A stretch of DNA of 64,000 nucleotides from Bacteroidota bacterium (GTDB lineage Bacteria; Bacteroidota; Ignavibacteria; UBA10030; UBA6906), in the NCBI GenBank assembly GCA_031402435.1, contig JANNSJ010000049.1:3133-67132 (forward strand), read 5' to 3'. The position numbers and the translations under genes were made by a program. This document shows, piece by piece, positions 47,601 to 57,168 of the stretch (position 1 is the first letter of the stretch; every line of letters begins with the position of its first letter). Under the pieces are notes generated by a model. It was not told where the DNA came from. It worked only from the letters and a program-made list of their open reading frames with translations, and searched no databases.

Positions 47601-50113
47601 ATCATAAGAGCGTCACCCATCCCATCGATCACATTGCGAAGTATCTGTTCTGACTCCTTCGCTTCATGTTCGAGTCGTCGACGGCCTGTCACATCGGTAA
47701 TGATACCAACAACACCCCGGATGGTCCCTTGCCTGTCCATGAGCGGAGAATACCGCGCCCAGATGTAACGAGGTTCAATTTCCCTGGAAAGGGTAAAGGG
47801 GATGTCCTCGGAACTTACTGCACTGCCCTGCAATGCCTGTTTGATGAGAGGACGCAGTTCGTCCATTCCTATGTGCTCAGCCACGTCATTGAGATTCTTT
47901 CCAAGAACCGCTGTCCGGGAGATTCCGGTAATAGCCTCCATGGAAACGTTCCAATCAAGACAGACGAGGCTCGCATCGTAGACAACAACCCCTTCTTTCA
48001 CACTTTCCAACACATTTGTTTTCAGCTCCTCTGATTTTACCAGGGCACCTTCAAGCTGGACCCGATCGGTAATGTCACTGAGCAAGCCGGTCAGAAACAA
48101 CACATTCCCCTGCTGGTCCTTTGTGTACCTCACCGAATCCCGCACCCAGCGGTACGACGCCTTGCCCTTGGGAAGAACACGATACTCAATCGTAAAGGTG
48201 TCAACACCAAGCGATTGGTTGGAAATCCGCTGGGCGTAGAGTGGGCGGTCATCGGGATGGAGCAACGTCCTCCAGAGATCAGCCGAGCGATAGAACTCTT
48301 CCGGCGGATACCCCGCGAGTGTTTCTATGTTCGGGCTGATGAAACTCGATACTCCGTTTGAGGTTGCATGATAAATGATGTCTGAAATGTTCTCCACTGC
48401 TGATCGGTAGCGCTCTTCGGATTCCTTGATCTGAGAGTAGAGCGTTGCATTCTCGATCGCCACGCCAAGCTGGGTGCTGATTGAGTTGAGCAACACCAGT
48501 TCGTGGTCCTGCATTTCCCGTCCTTTGCGCGTTCCCATCATCATCACTGCGGCTATTGCTCCTTTTGAAATAAGAGGAACATACACAACTGCACGAAGTC
48601 CCTCGTTTTCAAAGAGCGCTTTATATGGTAGATGCGGCGGATAATCTTCAACGAAAAGGATCAACGGTTCCATCGTTTTCACAACATATCCAGTCACACC
48701 CTCGTGCATGTGCTGCACTCCCAGTGATGCGATGAGTGTTTCAGAACACCCTACGTTGAAACCCATGGAAAGCGAAGTGCCATCCTTGTTGATGCGATAT
48801 ACCGCACCAAGCTCACACCCGAGCGCTTTCAACGACGACCGCAGGCCAATCAACAAGACATCGTCAAGATGGATGCTTTGATTGACGGAGAGTGATATTT
48901 CACGCATCAGTTCAAGTGCACGTGTCCTTCGTTGCAGCTCTGCTTCATCCTTCTTGCGTTCAGTGATATTACGATGATATGCCAGTGCTGTTTGCTTTCC
49001 ATCCAACGGCATAATCGTTACCTGAACTTCGACATCAATGACTGTCCCATCCTTTCTCACACCCCGGTACTCATAGCGCTGCGGAACATGTTCCCCGAGG
49101 GCCCTGCGCCTGCTTCTGTCCAGTACGGTTTTCTTGTCCTTCCCTCCAACAATCATCGAGATGTCTTTCCCCACGACTTCCTCAAGAGAAGAATATCCAA
49201 ACGTGCTGAGAAACCCATTGTTCACAAACAGGAACTTCTCCTCCCGGGCAAGCGACACTGCATCGATCGAGCTTTCGATGAGATGCCGGTATTTCGCCTC
49301 AGATTCTTCGATCTGCCGGATCATCCGTTTATGCTCTGTGATGTCTACGAAGGTAAATTGAAGTCCGGCCCTTGTTTCAAAGCGCACGGCAGCGGCAGAA
49401 ACTTCACACATCCGTTCTACCCCGTCAGGGGCTGTGAATGACACGTCTCTCTTCAAGGATTCTGTCACGGTCGATGTCGTATCAAGCAGCGCCCGGAACT
49501 CCTTGACGAGTTTGGTGTTGCTCTTCCCGAATACATCAGAGAGTGTTAGGTCAGAGGTCTGCGACGCATCAATCCAGGAAAAAAATCTCTTGAAGGCCAG
49601 GTTGGTGAGAACGAGCTTGTTCCCGACAAACACAGCGGTGGGGTATGGCGCCACTTCAACGAGATTCCGAAAGCGCTCCTCCGATTGTTTGAGAGTCTGT
49701 TCGAGCTTTCGTTCTTCGGTGACATCCCTTATCATCCCGATGTACAGGCTATCCCGAAGCGTGGAAACATTCAGGACGAGATGAACAACCTTGCCATTCT
49801 TTTTACGAACAGTGCCTTCCTCAAGGAGTTTCCCCTTTCGCTTTAGTATTGCAAGCGAACGGAGCGCGGTTGGATACTTATCCAATGATAGCAAGTCAGC
49901 GAGGCGCATATGCTCCAGTTCTGACTTGCTATATCCAAGAATCTCGCATGCTCGAGGGTTGACCTCACGGTACCGGCCTTCGATGTCAAATACAATAATA
50001 CCGTCGTTTGCCTGTTCAAACACCTGGCGGTATTTGTCCCCGACCAAATCCCCGGACGTAACGTCGCCTTGGGAGCGCTTATCTACCTTCTTAGGTGTAG
50101 GCCGAACCGTCAT
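44645..50113 (-). CDS. Giant multi-PAS/GAF sensor histidine kinase (1822 aa)
   Basis: Many PAS S-box-like modules and GAF domains. C-terminal HisKA (VVSHDLKEPL) and HATPase_c (N-box, GTGAGLTIVKKI). No receiver domain. Confidence 0.85.
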   Translation of the reverse strand: MTVRPTPKKVDKRSQGDVTSGDLVGDKYRQVFEQANDGIIVFDIEGRYREVNPRACEILGYSKSELEHMRLADLLSLDKYPTALRSLAILKRKGKLLEEGTVRKKNGKVVHLVLNVSTLRDSLYIGMIRDVTEERKLEQTLKQSEERFRNLVEVAPYPTAVFVGNKLVLTNLAFKRFFSWIDASQTSDLTLSDVFGKSNTKLVKEFRALLDTTSTVTESLKRDVSFTAPDGVERMCEVSAAAVRFETRAGLQFTFVDITEHKRMIRQIEESEAKYRHLIESSIDAVSLAREEKFLFVNNGFLSTFGYSSLEEVVGKDISMIVGGKDKKTVLDRSRRRALGEHVPQRYEYRGVRKDGTVIDVEVQVTIMPLDGKQTALAYHRNITERKKDEAELQRRTRALELMREISLSVNQSIHLDDVLLIGLRSSLKALGCELGAVYRINKDGTSLSMGFNVGCSETLIASLGVQHMHEGVTGYVVKTMEPLILFVEDYPPHLPYKALFENEGLRAVVYVPLISKGAIAAVMMMGTRKGREMQDHELVLLNSISTQLGVAIENATLYSQIKESEERYRSAVENISDIIYHATSNGVSSFISPNIETLAGYPPEEFYRSADLWRTLLHPDDRPLYAQRISNQSLGVDTFTIEYRVLPKGKASYRWVRDSVRYTKDQQGNVLFLTGLLSDITDRVQLEGALVKSEELKTNVLESVKEGVVVYDASLVCLDWNVSMEAITGISRTAVLGKNLNDVAEHIGMDELRPLIKQALQGSAVSSEDIPFTLSREIEPRYIWARYSPLMDRQGTIRGVVGIITDVTGRRRLEHEAKESEQILRNVIDGMGDALMICDLQGKVWEVNREFSRITGFQRSKVLGMDFPYPWLVEEEMARFVTWIAALREMNELRDFDMTWRKNEGESVAMSLNTTLLRNALGEPVAMLNIARDISDRKRLALELEKKNSQIELLNRIISKANATIDFNEIFATLSAEVFNLVPYDQINVGLLSDEGTHITVYACHSPIGKSIPLGEMVPVENTVSKLAIARQHGVVIGHLASHEELGAHTTSVAEGFESQISIPIFVNERVLGTFNVTSVRRNAFTLEELGYLQPIADQIGAMIDRVRLFQRVSDDSKYIHNLLNSINSVVYTVDQFHRITEVNKAWREFAIRLGLEEYKDENLLIGKNLWEIIPQPELRSSFEKVMPQLFDGKLEYYSQEYEIRWNGEQRTYHIALNPMVINGRVTGLVFAHTDITDIKRTEAEIKRRNKELVALNAISTSISKSLHLNEVLRVAAEQIKDIVGADMVLFYLRDQRRDELVLSRSLGLPDQLVSSIAVLPASTSISGTAISQRKPLLIRQGLASDERVTASGRIVFKTLGIDSLAAIPLQSKDKVLGAMDVAFAGPHEFDAQEQQLLLLIGNQIGPAIENAVLYKEVQDQVQRITSLYMIGKGLTGALDPQTLLEVVHAEVSRAIPVERFTYVSYSDQHNTLTTVFEVLHGEQHYYRTAIESPKAIQVQDSQYAGTVQHGNPWLGQVEDDELKSCCMMAVAVRSKQKVVGVLSLSHSTRDLYTETHLRLLESIANLTEIALDKAMLYEDTINKSIEIQNRNKELDDFTYVVSHDLKEPLISIDGYSKILLKDYKDRIDEDGREYLGSVVQSTARMKSLIDDLLTLSRVGRTPEATETVSVGESVRDIIHDLQFTLTEKGVQIIVSPDLPNVQYDRTQLSMVFRNLISNAMKFNTKPDPRITIDVKQNPEEFTFSVADNGIGIEGQYFDRIFMIFQRLQRSEEFRGTGAGLTIVKKIVENHRGRIWLDSTLGEGTTFYFTIPKSQSVVNLS

Positions 50114-50152
50114 GATTCTCTATCAAGAATAATCTTTGATTCGCTTATCTCC

Positions 50153-50878
50153 CTACCAACTTCCACTTGAGCCACCGCCGCCGAACGATCCACCCCCACC
50201 CGAGAATCCACCGCCGCCCCCGAAGCCGCCAGAACCGCGACCTCCGCTTCCTGGAAAGAAGATGGGAGGAACACCCCCACCCAACAATCTCCGTCGCCTG
50301 GTTCCGGCATTGATGAAGAAGAATATCAGAATGATGAGAACAATAGGAAGGACACCGAGGCCCGGGGATTTATTGCCGGATGGTTCCGCTACATACTCGT
50401 TCTTTGTGGCGGCGAGAATCGCGTCCACCCCGGCACCAATGCCTTCAAAGAATTGCCCCTGTCGAAATCTCGGGGCAATTTCCTGCCGAATGATCAAGCC
50501 GGAGATTACGTCCGTGAGGACTCCTTCAAGTCCGTATCCTACTTCGATCCTGATCTTTCTGTCGTTCTTTGCAATGAAGAGCAAGGCGCCGTTGTTTCGT
50601 CCCTTTCGCCCGATGCCATTTTCCTCTGCAACACGAAGCGATGCTTCTTCAATGCTGCCCGATTCAATCGTTGGAACGATGAATACCACGACTTGCGTCG
50701 ATGTTGCCTTGTCGAAATCCGAGAGCTTGGCTTCAAGCATCGCCAACTCGGTTTCCGTGAGAATACCGGTTTGATCAGTCACGTATCGAGTCAACCGTTG
50801 CCCGCTGGCCAGTTGGGTCAGCATCAGGCAGGCGAGCAACAACCATCGTCCGGAAGCGAATACAGAAACTGGTGGCAT
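50153..50878 (-). CDS. TPM-domain protein (YgcG-like) with Gly-rich C-terminal tail
   Basis: Signal peptide, TPM domain, TM segment, GSGGRGSGGFGGGGGF tail. Confidence 0.8.
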   Translation of the reverse strand: MPPVSVFASGRWLLLACLMLTQLASGQRLTRYVTDQTGILTETELAMLEAKLSDFDKATSTQVVVFIVPTIESGSIEEASLRVAEENGIGRKGRNNGALLFIAKNDRKIRIEVGYGLEGVLTDVISGLIIRQEIAPRFRQGQFFEGIGAGVDAILAATKNEYVAEPSGNKSPGLGVLPIVLIILIFFFINAGTRRRRLLGGGVPPIFFPGSGGRGSGGFGGGGGFSGGGGSFGGGGSSGSW

Positions 50879-51489
50879 TAGAACTTCACTTGCGGGGCAG
50901 TATCTGCGCCTTCTTTCGCCTTGAAGTACTGTTTTTCTTTGAATCCACCGAAGCCTGCAACCAATGATCCCGGGAATCGCCGTATCGATGTGTTATACGT
51001 CTGCACGACGAGGTTATAGTTTCGTCGTTCGACAGCGATGCGGTTCTCTGTTCCTTCAAGTTGATTCTGCAACGCCAGAAAATTCTCGTTCGATTTCAAT
51101 TGCGGATAGTTTTCTGAAACGACCAACAACCGGGAGATTGCAGACGAGAATTGATCCTGAGCAGCCTGAAACTTTGCAAAGGCCTGCGGATCTTCCAGCA
51201 CGTCCTTCGTGACAGTAATCTGGCTTACCTTTGCCCGTGCTTCGGTGACGCCGAGAAGAACCTCTTTTTCTTGTGAGGCAAATCCGCGAACAGTTTCCAC
51301 AAGGTTCGGAATCAGTTCAGCTCTTCGCTGGTATTGATTCTCCACCTGGCTCCATCCCGACTGTACCGCTTCGTCCTGACTAACGAGCCCGTTATACACT
51401 CCAATACCCCACATTGCGATGCCCACAACAAAGACAACGATGACGCCAACAACAACCAATGCGATTAGTGCACCACGAGATTTCATCAT
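50878..51489 (-). CDS. lemA: LemA-family protein
   Basis: N-terminal TM plus a LemA domain. Its stop overlaps the start of the downstream TPM gene. Confidence 0.8.
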   Translation of the reverse strand: MMKSRGALIALVVVGVIVVFVVGIAMWGIGVYNGLVSQDEAVQSGWSQVENQYQRRAELIPNLVETVRGFASQEKEVLLGVTEARAKVSQITVTKDVLEDPQAFAKFQAAQDQFSSAISRLLVVSENYPQLKSNENFLALQNQLEGTENRIAVERRNYNLVVQTYNTSIRRFPGSLVAGFGGFKEKQYFKAKEGADTAPQVKF

Positions 51490-51496
51490 GCCTCCC

Positions 51497-52561
51497 TTAA
51501 TTGGTGAAGATGGTCTTTGAAAAATATCTTGATAATTTGTGAACCCCGCGCACTACATCGTCGCCTTCCCCACCGGACAACTCCCGCGCACGCCAGCCTT
51601 CAATCGCAACCGGTATCAGCCGATATGCAACATTGTTGCCGTGCAACCTGACCTCGAACAACGCAGTGTTGTATGTATCACGGCTATTCCCTCCAAATAC
51701 AAAATTGCCCAATGAATATACTATGACTCCTGATTTGTACTTCTCAATCCCTTGCAATACATGCGGGTGATGTCCGATGATGAGATCTGCTCCGGCATCA
51801 ATCACCTCGTGGGCAAACTCAATCTGCTCTTGATCTGGAATTGTTGCTTTCTCTGTTCCCCAGTGCAAGTTCACTACTATATACGGAGCAGGATTCTGCA
51901 GTTTCAGCTTTGCAATATCAGCTTGAATTGTTTCAATATCCCTGTCCGCCACGCCCGGCTTCCTGGATGTTGCTTTAGGGGCTTCACTCCCTCCATAGTA
52001 CGCGAGCAAGGCAACACTCTTGTCGTTTGTACTCACAACAACCGGCGTACGGGCTTCGGTTCTATTGCGCCCGGCACCAACGTGGCGTATTCCCACTGAA
52101 TCAAGATACGAAATTGTATCGAAAAGTCCGACCCTGCCGAAATCGTAAATATGATTATTGGCAATACTGACCACATCTATTCCTGCACCAGTCAATGCGG
52201 AGAGAAACCGCGGATGCATCCGGAAATTATAGGGCTTGTCAACGCGTTTGCCTCGCGTTGTTACAGGACATTCTAGGTTCACCATCGCAATGTCTGCTGT
52301 CTTCAACAACTCGAAGGTGTTGAATGCCAGATTCACAGAGTCACCCGCATCGTCCTCATAGTGACCGGCAAGCAAACAGTCGCCACCAAAACGAAGAAGA
52401 ACACTATCGCCGCTAATGGGGGAGCTATGTGGTGAGGTTTGGATAGCATCAATCTCTGGTTTTAGCGGAAAACTCAGAGCATACGGCAAGCTCGAGGTCA
52501 TCAGTGTAGTGAGACAGTAAAGAAGGCGGAATAGAGAATTTACCAAAGAGGGGTTTTGCAT
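51497..52561 (-). CDS. CapA-family metallophosphatase (second paralog), secreted
   Basis: Calcineurin-like metallophosphatase motifs (GDD, GNHE-like NNH, GHHPHV). Confidence 0.75.
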   Translation of the reverse strand: MQNPSLVNSLFRLLYCLTTLMTSSLPYALSFPLKPEIDAIQTSPHSSPISGDSVLLRFGGDCLLAGHYEDDAGDSVNLAFNTFELLKTADIAMVNLECPVTTRGKRVDKPYNFRMHPRFLSALTGAGIDVVSIANNHIYDFGRVGLFDTISYLDSVGIRHVGAGRNRTEARTPVVVSTNDKSVALLAYYGGSEAPKATSRKPGVADRDIETIQADIAKLKLQNPAPYIVVNLHWGTEKATIPDQEQIEFAHEVIDAGADLIIGHHPHVLQGIEKYKSGVIVYSLGNFVFGGNSRDTYNTALFEVRLHGNNVAYRLIPVAIEGWRARELSGGEGDDVVRGVHKLSRYFSKTIFTN

Positions 52562-52574
52562 GGTCTGGTGGTTG

Positions 52575-53120
52575 CTAAACTACAATCAAAAACTCACGGC
52601 TGCTCTTAAGCCGAGGGTAGCCCGGTACTTGTTTTAAAAAAAAGCAGTCATAGCGAATAGAAACGTCGAGGTTTGCTCTCGCACCTATTGGAGATTCGAA
52701 TCCAAGAATTGGTGCGATTCCAAACCCAACAGATGTCCCTTGTTTGTTACTCAAAAAGAAGGCACCTGCCTCACTCGTAGAATAAATCCTGATTGCTTTT
52801 TGACGGAGCAAGTAGAACTTCAGTCCGCCGCGTATTGGGACCCCCCGAAACGATGCCAACGAATCTGACTTTCCTTCAAAACTTGCAAAACCAATTGATA
52901 CAGTCAGGGCAAATTGTGGTGACACGTAGAGGCTAATGTTTGCAGAACCGCCGTATCCAACAAGGACTTCGGTTTTGAGTTTGCCCACGGGAACCAGCAC
53001 ATCTGCTCCAAGGCTGAACCAGAGTTTCTCTTCCTGAGCCAAAGTGGTACATATAGATGCCAATAGCATGACAACGAGTACGAACGCTTTCTGGAGTATA
53101 AATTGGTTATTCGACAACAT
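52575..53120 (-). CDS. Small outer-membrane beta-barrel protein (OmpW/OmpA-like barrel), paralog 1
   Basis: Signal peptide, alternating amphipathic beta strands, Gly/aromatic-rich. Confidence 0.6.
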   Translation of the reverse strand: MLSNNQFILQKAFVLVVMLLASICTTLAQEEKLWFSLGADVLVPVGKLKTEVLVGYGGSANISLYVSPQFALTVSIGFASFEGKSDSLASFRGVPIRGGLKFYLLRQKAIRIYSTSEAGAFFLSNKQGTSVGFGIAPILGFESPIGARANLDVSIRYDCFFLKQVPGYPRLKSSREFLIVV

Positions 53121-53231
53121 AGACTTGATTTTCCACCCCAACGAATTGACAGCGTATAACATCAGACGACGAATCAACAACAAAAAGGGAAGCCCATGGG
53201 CTTCCCTTGAAAGAAAAACTATTGCCGTGTA

Positions 53232-53789
53232 CTAGTTGAAAATGTATCCCACACGGGCCGCAACGCATGTTGCATTGGCAACGCCAAGCAAGCGAACTGA
53301 TACATCGAACTTGCTGGCTTCGAAACCAACTTGTGGCTGGTAGGTGAAGTCTGAGCCAGAAACAGAACCTCCGCCAACTTGAACACCAAAAAATGTTTGA
53401 CTCGGAATGGTGTACGAACTGAAAATAAGCCCTATTTCAAAAGCACCATATGGTCTGAAAGAGCTTGCTGCCGGTGAAAAATAATAGCGTGCACCAACAA
53501 CAACTGGAATCATGCTCCATTTTCCTCCATTGATTGTTACACCTGCAACTGTTTGATCCTTACCAGAAAACGTCAAATAGCCAGCGGTTGCAGTAAAACT
53601 CACCATGTCATTGAATAAATAGTATCCACGTCCAGTTCCCCCGATGCCAATACTCTGAGTATTGCTGAACGCGGTTGTCATCGGAATTGCAACATCCGCA
53701 CCGATCCCAAATGAAATCTTCCCCTGCGCAAAAGAATTGCTCGTAGCCATCAACATAATTGCTGCAACCGTTAGCAAGAGCTTCTTCAT
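53232..53789 (-). CDS. Small outer-membrane beta-barrel protein, paralog 2
   Basis: Signal peptide MKKLLLTVAAIMLMATSNSFA. Beta-barrel pattern. Confidence 0.65.
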   Translation of the reverse strand: MKKLLLTVAAIMLMATSNSFAQGKISFGIGADVAIPMTTAFSNTQSIGIGGTGRGYYLFNDMVSFTATAGYLTFSGKDQTVAGVTINGGKWSMIPVVVGARYYFSPAASSFRPYGAFEIGLIFSSYTIPSQTFFGVQVGGGSVSGSDFTYQPQVGFEASKFDVSVRLLGVANATCVAARVGYIFN

Positions 53790-53940
53790 TGTGTTACTCC
53801 TTTAAGGTGATAGAATGTTTTGTTGTTGAGGTGCTGCACAAAACTGGCCTAAGTATAAACAATTCCTGTGCATTTGTCAAGAAATTCTAGCTTGCGACAA
53901 TGAAATGTGGAAGCAGTTGTTGGAACAACTCGAAATAACG

Positions 53941-54561
53941 CTATCCGCCAAAAGTCACGCCTACTGTCAAGGGAATCAGACCTGTGCTGCTTCCTTCAGT
54001 GAATATAAGAACATACTTGAAATCGAAATACAGCTTCACCGCACTGCTCATTGCATATTCAGCACCGGCTCCGAAGTTTATCCCAAACTTGGTTTGGCTG
54101 CCAAGGCCGGTTTTTAAATCAAACGATTGACCGCCAACCTCAATCTTACCGTCGCTGATGCTAAGGATATGAATGCCCAACCCAAGAATACCATACGGAG
54201 TCACGCTTGAGCCGGTGGGAATCTTCCCCAACCCATTCACGGTGATGCTGAACGCGCTGGCATTCAGACCAGATACTGTTGCTCCTTGTGCATTAGGATT
54301 GGCAGCCACGATGGCCTGCACGAGTTTGTCCTTATTTGAACCATAGATACTGTAATCCAAATTCAATCTCAAACCAATGTACTTCATGATACCTAAATCA
54401 CCATGAGCCCCGAATAGGAACCCTGTGCTATAGAAATCGCTAACCCCCTGCGGGAATGAGGAGAGTGAGAAACCAGCGTGGCCACCACCTCCAAACTTTA
54501 CCTCAGACCTTGCTTCGAGTGAACAAATCAACAATAAGAAAACAAAAACACATTGTTTCAT
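53941..54561 (-). CDS. Small outer-membrane beta-barrel protein, paralog 3
   Basis: Signal peptide MKQCVFVFLLLICSLEA. Beta-barrel pattern. Confidence 0.65.
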   Translation of the reverse strand: MKQCVFVFLLLICSLEARSEVKFGGGGHAGFSLSSFPQGVSDFYSTGFLFGAHGDLGIMKYIGLRLNLDYSIYGSNKDKLVQAIVAANPNAQGATVSGLNASAFSITVNGLGKIPTGSSVTPYGILGLGIHILSISDGKIEVGGQSFDLKTGLGSQTKFGINFGAGAEYAMSSAVKLYFDFKYVLIFTEGSSTGLIPLTVGVTFGG

Positions 54562-54601
54562 GGTACCTCCAGAATTAAGATGGATAAGTTGGTTGCTGAT
54601 A

Positions 54602-55084
54602 CTAGACTTCATAACGAATACCGGAACGAATGAGGATGATGAAACCTGTTGTACCAGTTACGAACACCGGACCAAGCTGAAGTTCTGCAGGGATGTAAAG
54701 ATTTCTTGCAATTTCAAACTGTGCCCCTCCTCCAAAGCGGATGTCAAAATACGGCCCGCCTGTAAAAAAATACAACCCGAATCCTGCGTCTGCGTAAGGT
54801 TTTACCTTGGAACCAGGGATTGAGAAGTAGTACTTGAAGTAGTTTGCCCATTCAATGGGAGTACCTGTTTGCGTGTTGATGCCGAGCTCAGTTCCAACAG
54901 CAGGCCCTTTGCCAATCAATACTTCTCCCATTGGACTAATATGAAAGCCTGCTGCTGACAAACCACCTCCGCTGGCAATGGAAATGCCCATGTTTCCGCC
55001 CACGGACCAGCGTATCTGAGACTTTGCGGTCATGGGTAGGAAAACAATGATCAAACAGAGCAACGACTTGCCAAGACGATTCAT
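54602..55084 (-). CDS. Small outer-membrane beta-barrel protein, paralog 4
   Basis: Signal peptide MNRLGKSLLCLIIVFLPMTAKSQ. Beta-barrel pattern. Confidence 0.65.
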   Translation of the reverse strand: MNRLGKSLLCLIIVFLPMTAKSQIRWSVGGNMGISIASGGGLSAAGFHISPMGEVLIGKGPAVGTELGINTQTGTPIEWANYFKYYFSIPGSKVKPYADAGFGLYFFTGGPYFDIRFGGGAQFEIARNLYIPAELQLGPVFVTGTTGFIILIRSGIRYEV

Positions 55085-55132
55085 AAAGATACCTCCTGAA
55101 AGTGGTAATATCTGGTAATTGTAAGTAACAAG

Positions 55133-56272
55133 TTACTTCAGCATGGATCTCGCAATAACAATGTGTTGTATCTCCGATGTCCCTTCATAAATCTCTGTGA
55201 TCTTCGCATCACGGAGATAACGTTCAACAAGGTACTCTCTCACATATCCGTACCCGCCGTGAATCTGTATTGCCTCAAGCGCGCTTTGGACTGCAACCTT
55301 CGATGCAAAAAGTTTTGCCATCGCGGCCTCCGAACCGAAAGGCTTGCCCACGTCTTTCAGTAAAGCGGCACGAAGAATCAGAGATCTGGCAGCTTCGGTA
55401 TTCGTGGCCATATCCGAGAGCTTGAATTGAATAATCTGCAGTTCGGAAATGGGCCGGTCAAACGCCTTTCTCTCCTTTGCATATCGAAGAGAAGCATCAA
55501 AACAACCCTGGGCAATACCGAGTGCCTGGGATGCAATCCCGATCCGTCCACCCTCAAGCGTGCGCATGGCAAATTTGAAGCCTTCCCCGTCTTCTCCGAT
55601 TCTATTCTCAATAGGGATACGGCAATCGGCGAACGAAAGTGACACCGTGTCCGAGCTTCGAATGCCAAGTTTCTTCTCTTTCTTGGCAACGGTAAAGCCG
55701 GGCGTTCCCTTCTCAACAATGAACGTGCTGATACCCTTCGATCCCTTTGATTTGTCCGTTGTTGCCATGACAATGATAACATCTGCTGTGGAGCCATTGG
55801 TAATCCAATTCTTCGTTCCATTCAGAAGATAGTGGTCACCACTTCGCACTGCAACTGTCCGCTGGTTTGATGCATCACTGCCTGCCTCGGGTTCCGAAAG
55901 GGCAAACGCTCCCAGCTTTTTGCCAGACGCGAGGTCGCGAAGATACCGCGCCTTTTGGTCTTCGTTTCCGTATTTGTTGATGCCATAGCAGACGAGCGAG
56001 TTGTTCACTGACATGATGACTCCAACAGAGGCATCGACGCGGGAGATTTCCTCCATCGCAATAACATAGCTGATTGTATCAAGCCCGGAGCCACCCCATT
56101 GTTCGGGTATCATCATACCCATGAAGCCGAGTTCCCCCAGTTCCTTGATGGCTTCGTGCGGAAATTCCTCTTTCTCATCACGCTCAATCGAAGTGGGAGC
56201 AAGTCTGGCTTCGGCGAATTTCCGCGCAGTCTCACGTATCATCTGATGCGTTTCAGTGAACTCAAAATTCAT
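55133..56272 (-). CDS. Acyl-CoA dehydrogenase (short-chain/butyryl-CoA dehydrogenase-like)
   Basis: ACAD N, M and C domains. Catalytic E near the C-terminus (YEGTSEIQ). Confidence 0.9.
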   Translation of the reverse strand: MNFEFTETHQMIRETARKFAEARLAPTSIERDEKEEFPHEAIKELGELGFMGMMIPEQWGGSGLDTISYVIAMEEISRVDASVGVIMSVNNSLVCYGINKYGNEDQKARYLRDLASGKKLGAFALSEPEAGSDASNQRTVAVRSGDHYLLNGTKNWITNGSTADVIIVMATTDKSKGSKGISTFIVEKGTPGFTVAKKEKKLGIRSSDTVSLSFADCRIPIENRIGEDGEGFKFAMRTLEGGRIGIASQALGIAQGCFDASLRYAKERKAFDRPISELQIIQFKLSDMATNTEAARSLILRAALLKDVGKPFGSEAAMAKLFASKVAVQSALEAIQIHGGYGYVREYLVERYLRDAKITEIYEGTSEIQHIVIARSMLK

Positions 56273-56287
56273 GCAGCCGAACTCCAA

Positions 56288-57148
56288 TCACGCTTTGGTA
56301 TAGTCATAAAATCCCTTGCCTGTTTTCTTTCCCAGGTGCCCCGCTGCCACCATTTTCTTCAGCAAGGGGCACGGGCGGTACTTCGAGTCACCGAGTCCGT
56401 CATGCAACACGTTCATGATGGACAAGCACACATCAAGTCCGATGAAGTCGGCAAGCGTGAGTGGTCCCATGGGATGGTTCATTCCAAGTTTCATCACAGT
56501 ATCAATGGACTCCGGAGTTGCAACGCCCTCCATGACGCAATACATGGCTTCATTCAGCATGGGCAGCAATACACGGTTCGATACAAACCCCGGATAATCA
56601 TTCACCTCGACCGGCACCTTCTCGATCTTTTCCGACAATGACTTCACTGCCGCGTATGTTTCATCCGAGGTCGCAAGACCGCGTATCACTTCGACCAGTT
56701 TCATGACAGGAACAGGATTCATGAAGTGCATCCCAATGACCTGCGCCGGGCGTTTCGTGACTGCGGCAATCTCGGTGATGGAAATTGATGAAGTGTTCGA
56801 TGCATGGATGGTGTGTTGCGGTGACGAGACATCAAGTGTCTTGAATATCTCATTCTTAATCAGCGGATTCTCTGTCGCTGCTTCCACGACAAGATCAGCA
56901 GCTGAGACTGATTGCGCAAGATTTGTCGATGTGCGGATATGAGAAAGTGTCGCTTGCTTCTGATCGGGAGTAAGGGTTCCCTTCTTAACCTGGCGGTCAA
57001 GGTTCGTTGTGATGGTGGCGAGACCCCTATCGATGAACTCTTGTTTGATATCGTTGAGTGTTACATCAAATCCGAATTGGGCGAAGACATGAGCAATGCC
57101 GTTCCCCATCGTTCCCGCACCAACAACTGTAATGGCCCGGATCTCCAC
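56288..57148 (-). CDS. hbd: 3-hydroxyacyl-CoA (3-hydroxybutyryl-CoA) dehydrogenase
   Basis: [12 protein letters not shown] Rossmann motif. [13 protein letters not shown]. Confidence 0.9.
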   Translation of the reverse strand: MEIRAITVVGAGTMGNGIAHVFAQFGFDVTLNDIKQEFIDRGLATITTNLDRQVKKGTLTPDQKQATLSHIRTSTNLAQSVSAADLVVEAATENPLIKNEIFKTLDVSSPQHTIHASNTSSISITEIAAVTKRPAQVIGMHFMNPVPVMKLVEVIRGLATSDETYAAVKSLSEKIEKVPVEVNDYPGFVSNRVLLPMLNEAMYCVMEGVATPESIDTVMKLGMNHPMGPLTLADFIGLDVCLSIMNVLHDGLGDSKYRPCPLLKKMVAAGHLGKKTGKGFYDYTKA

Positions 57149-57168
57149 GACCTGTTTCCTTCTGAATA

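Noticed and set aside
50136-50774. 212-aa plus-strand ORF rich in Pro and Gly-Pro repeats (PPPPNDPPPPENPPPPPKPPEP)
   Set aside because: It is the reverse-complement shadow of the Gly-rich C-terminal tail and body of the minus-strand TPM-domain gene. The low-complexity antisense translation is an artefact.
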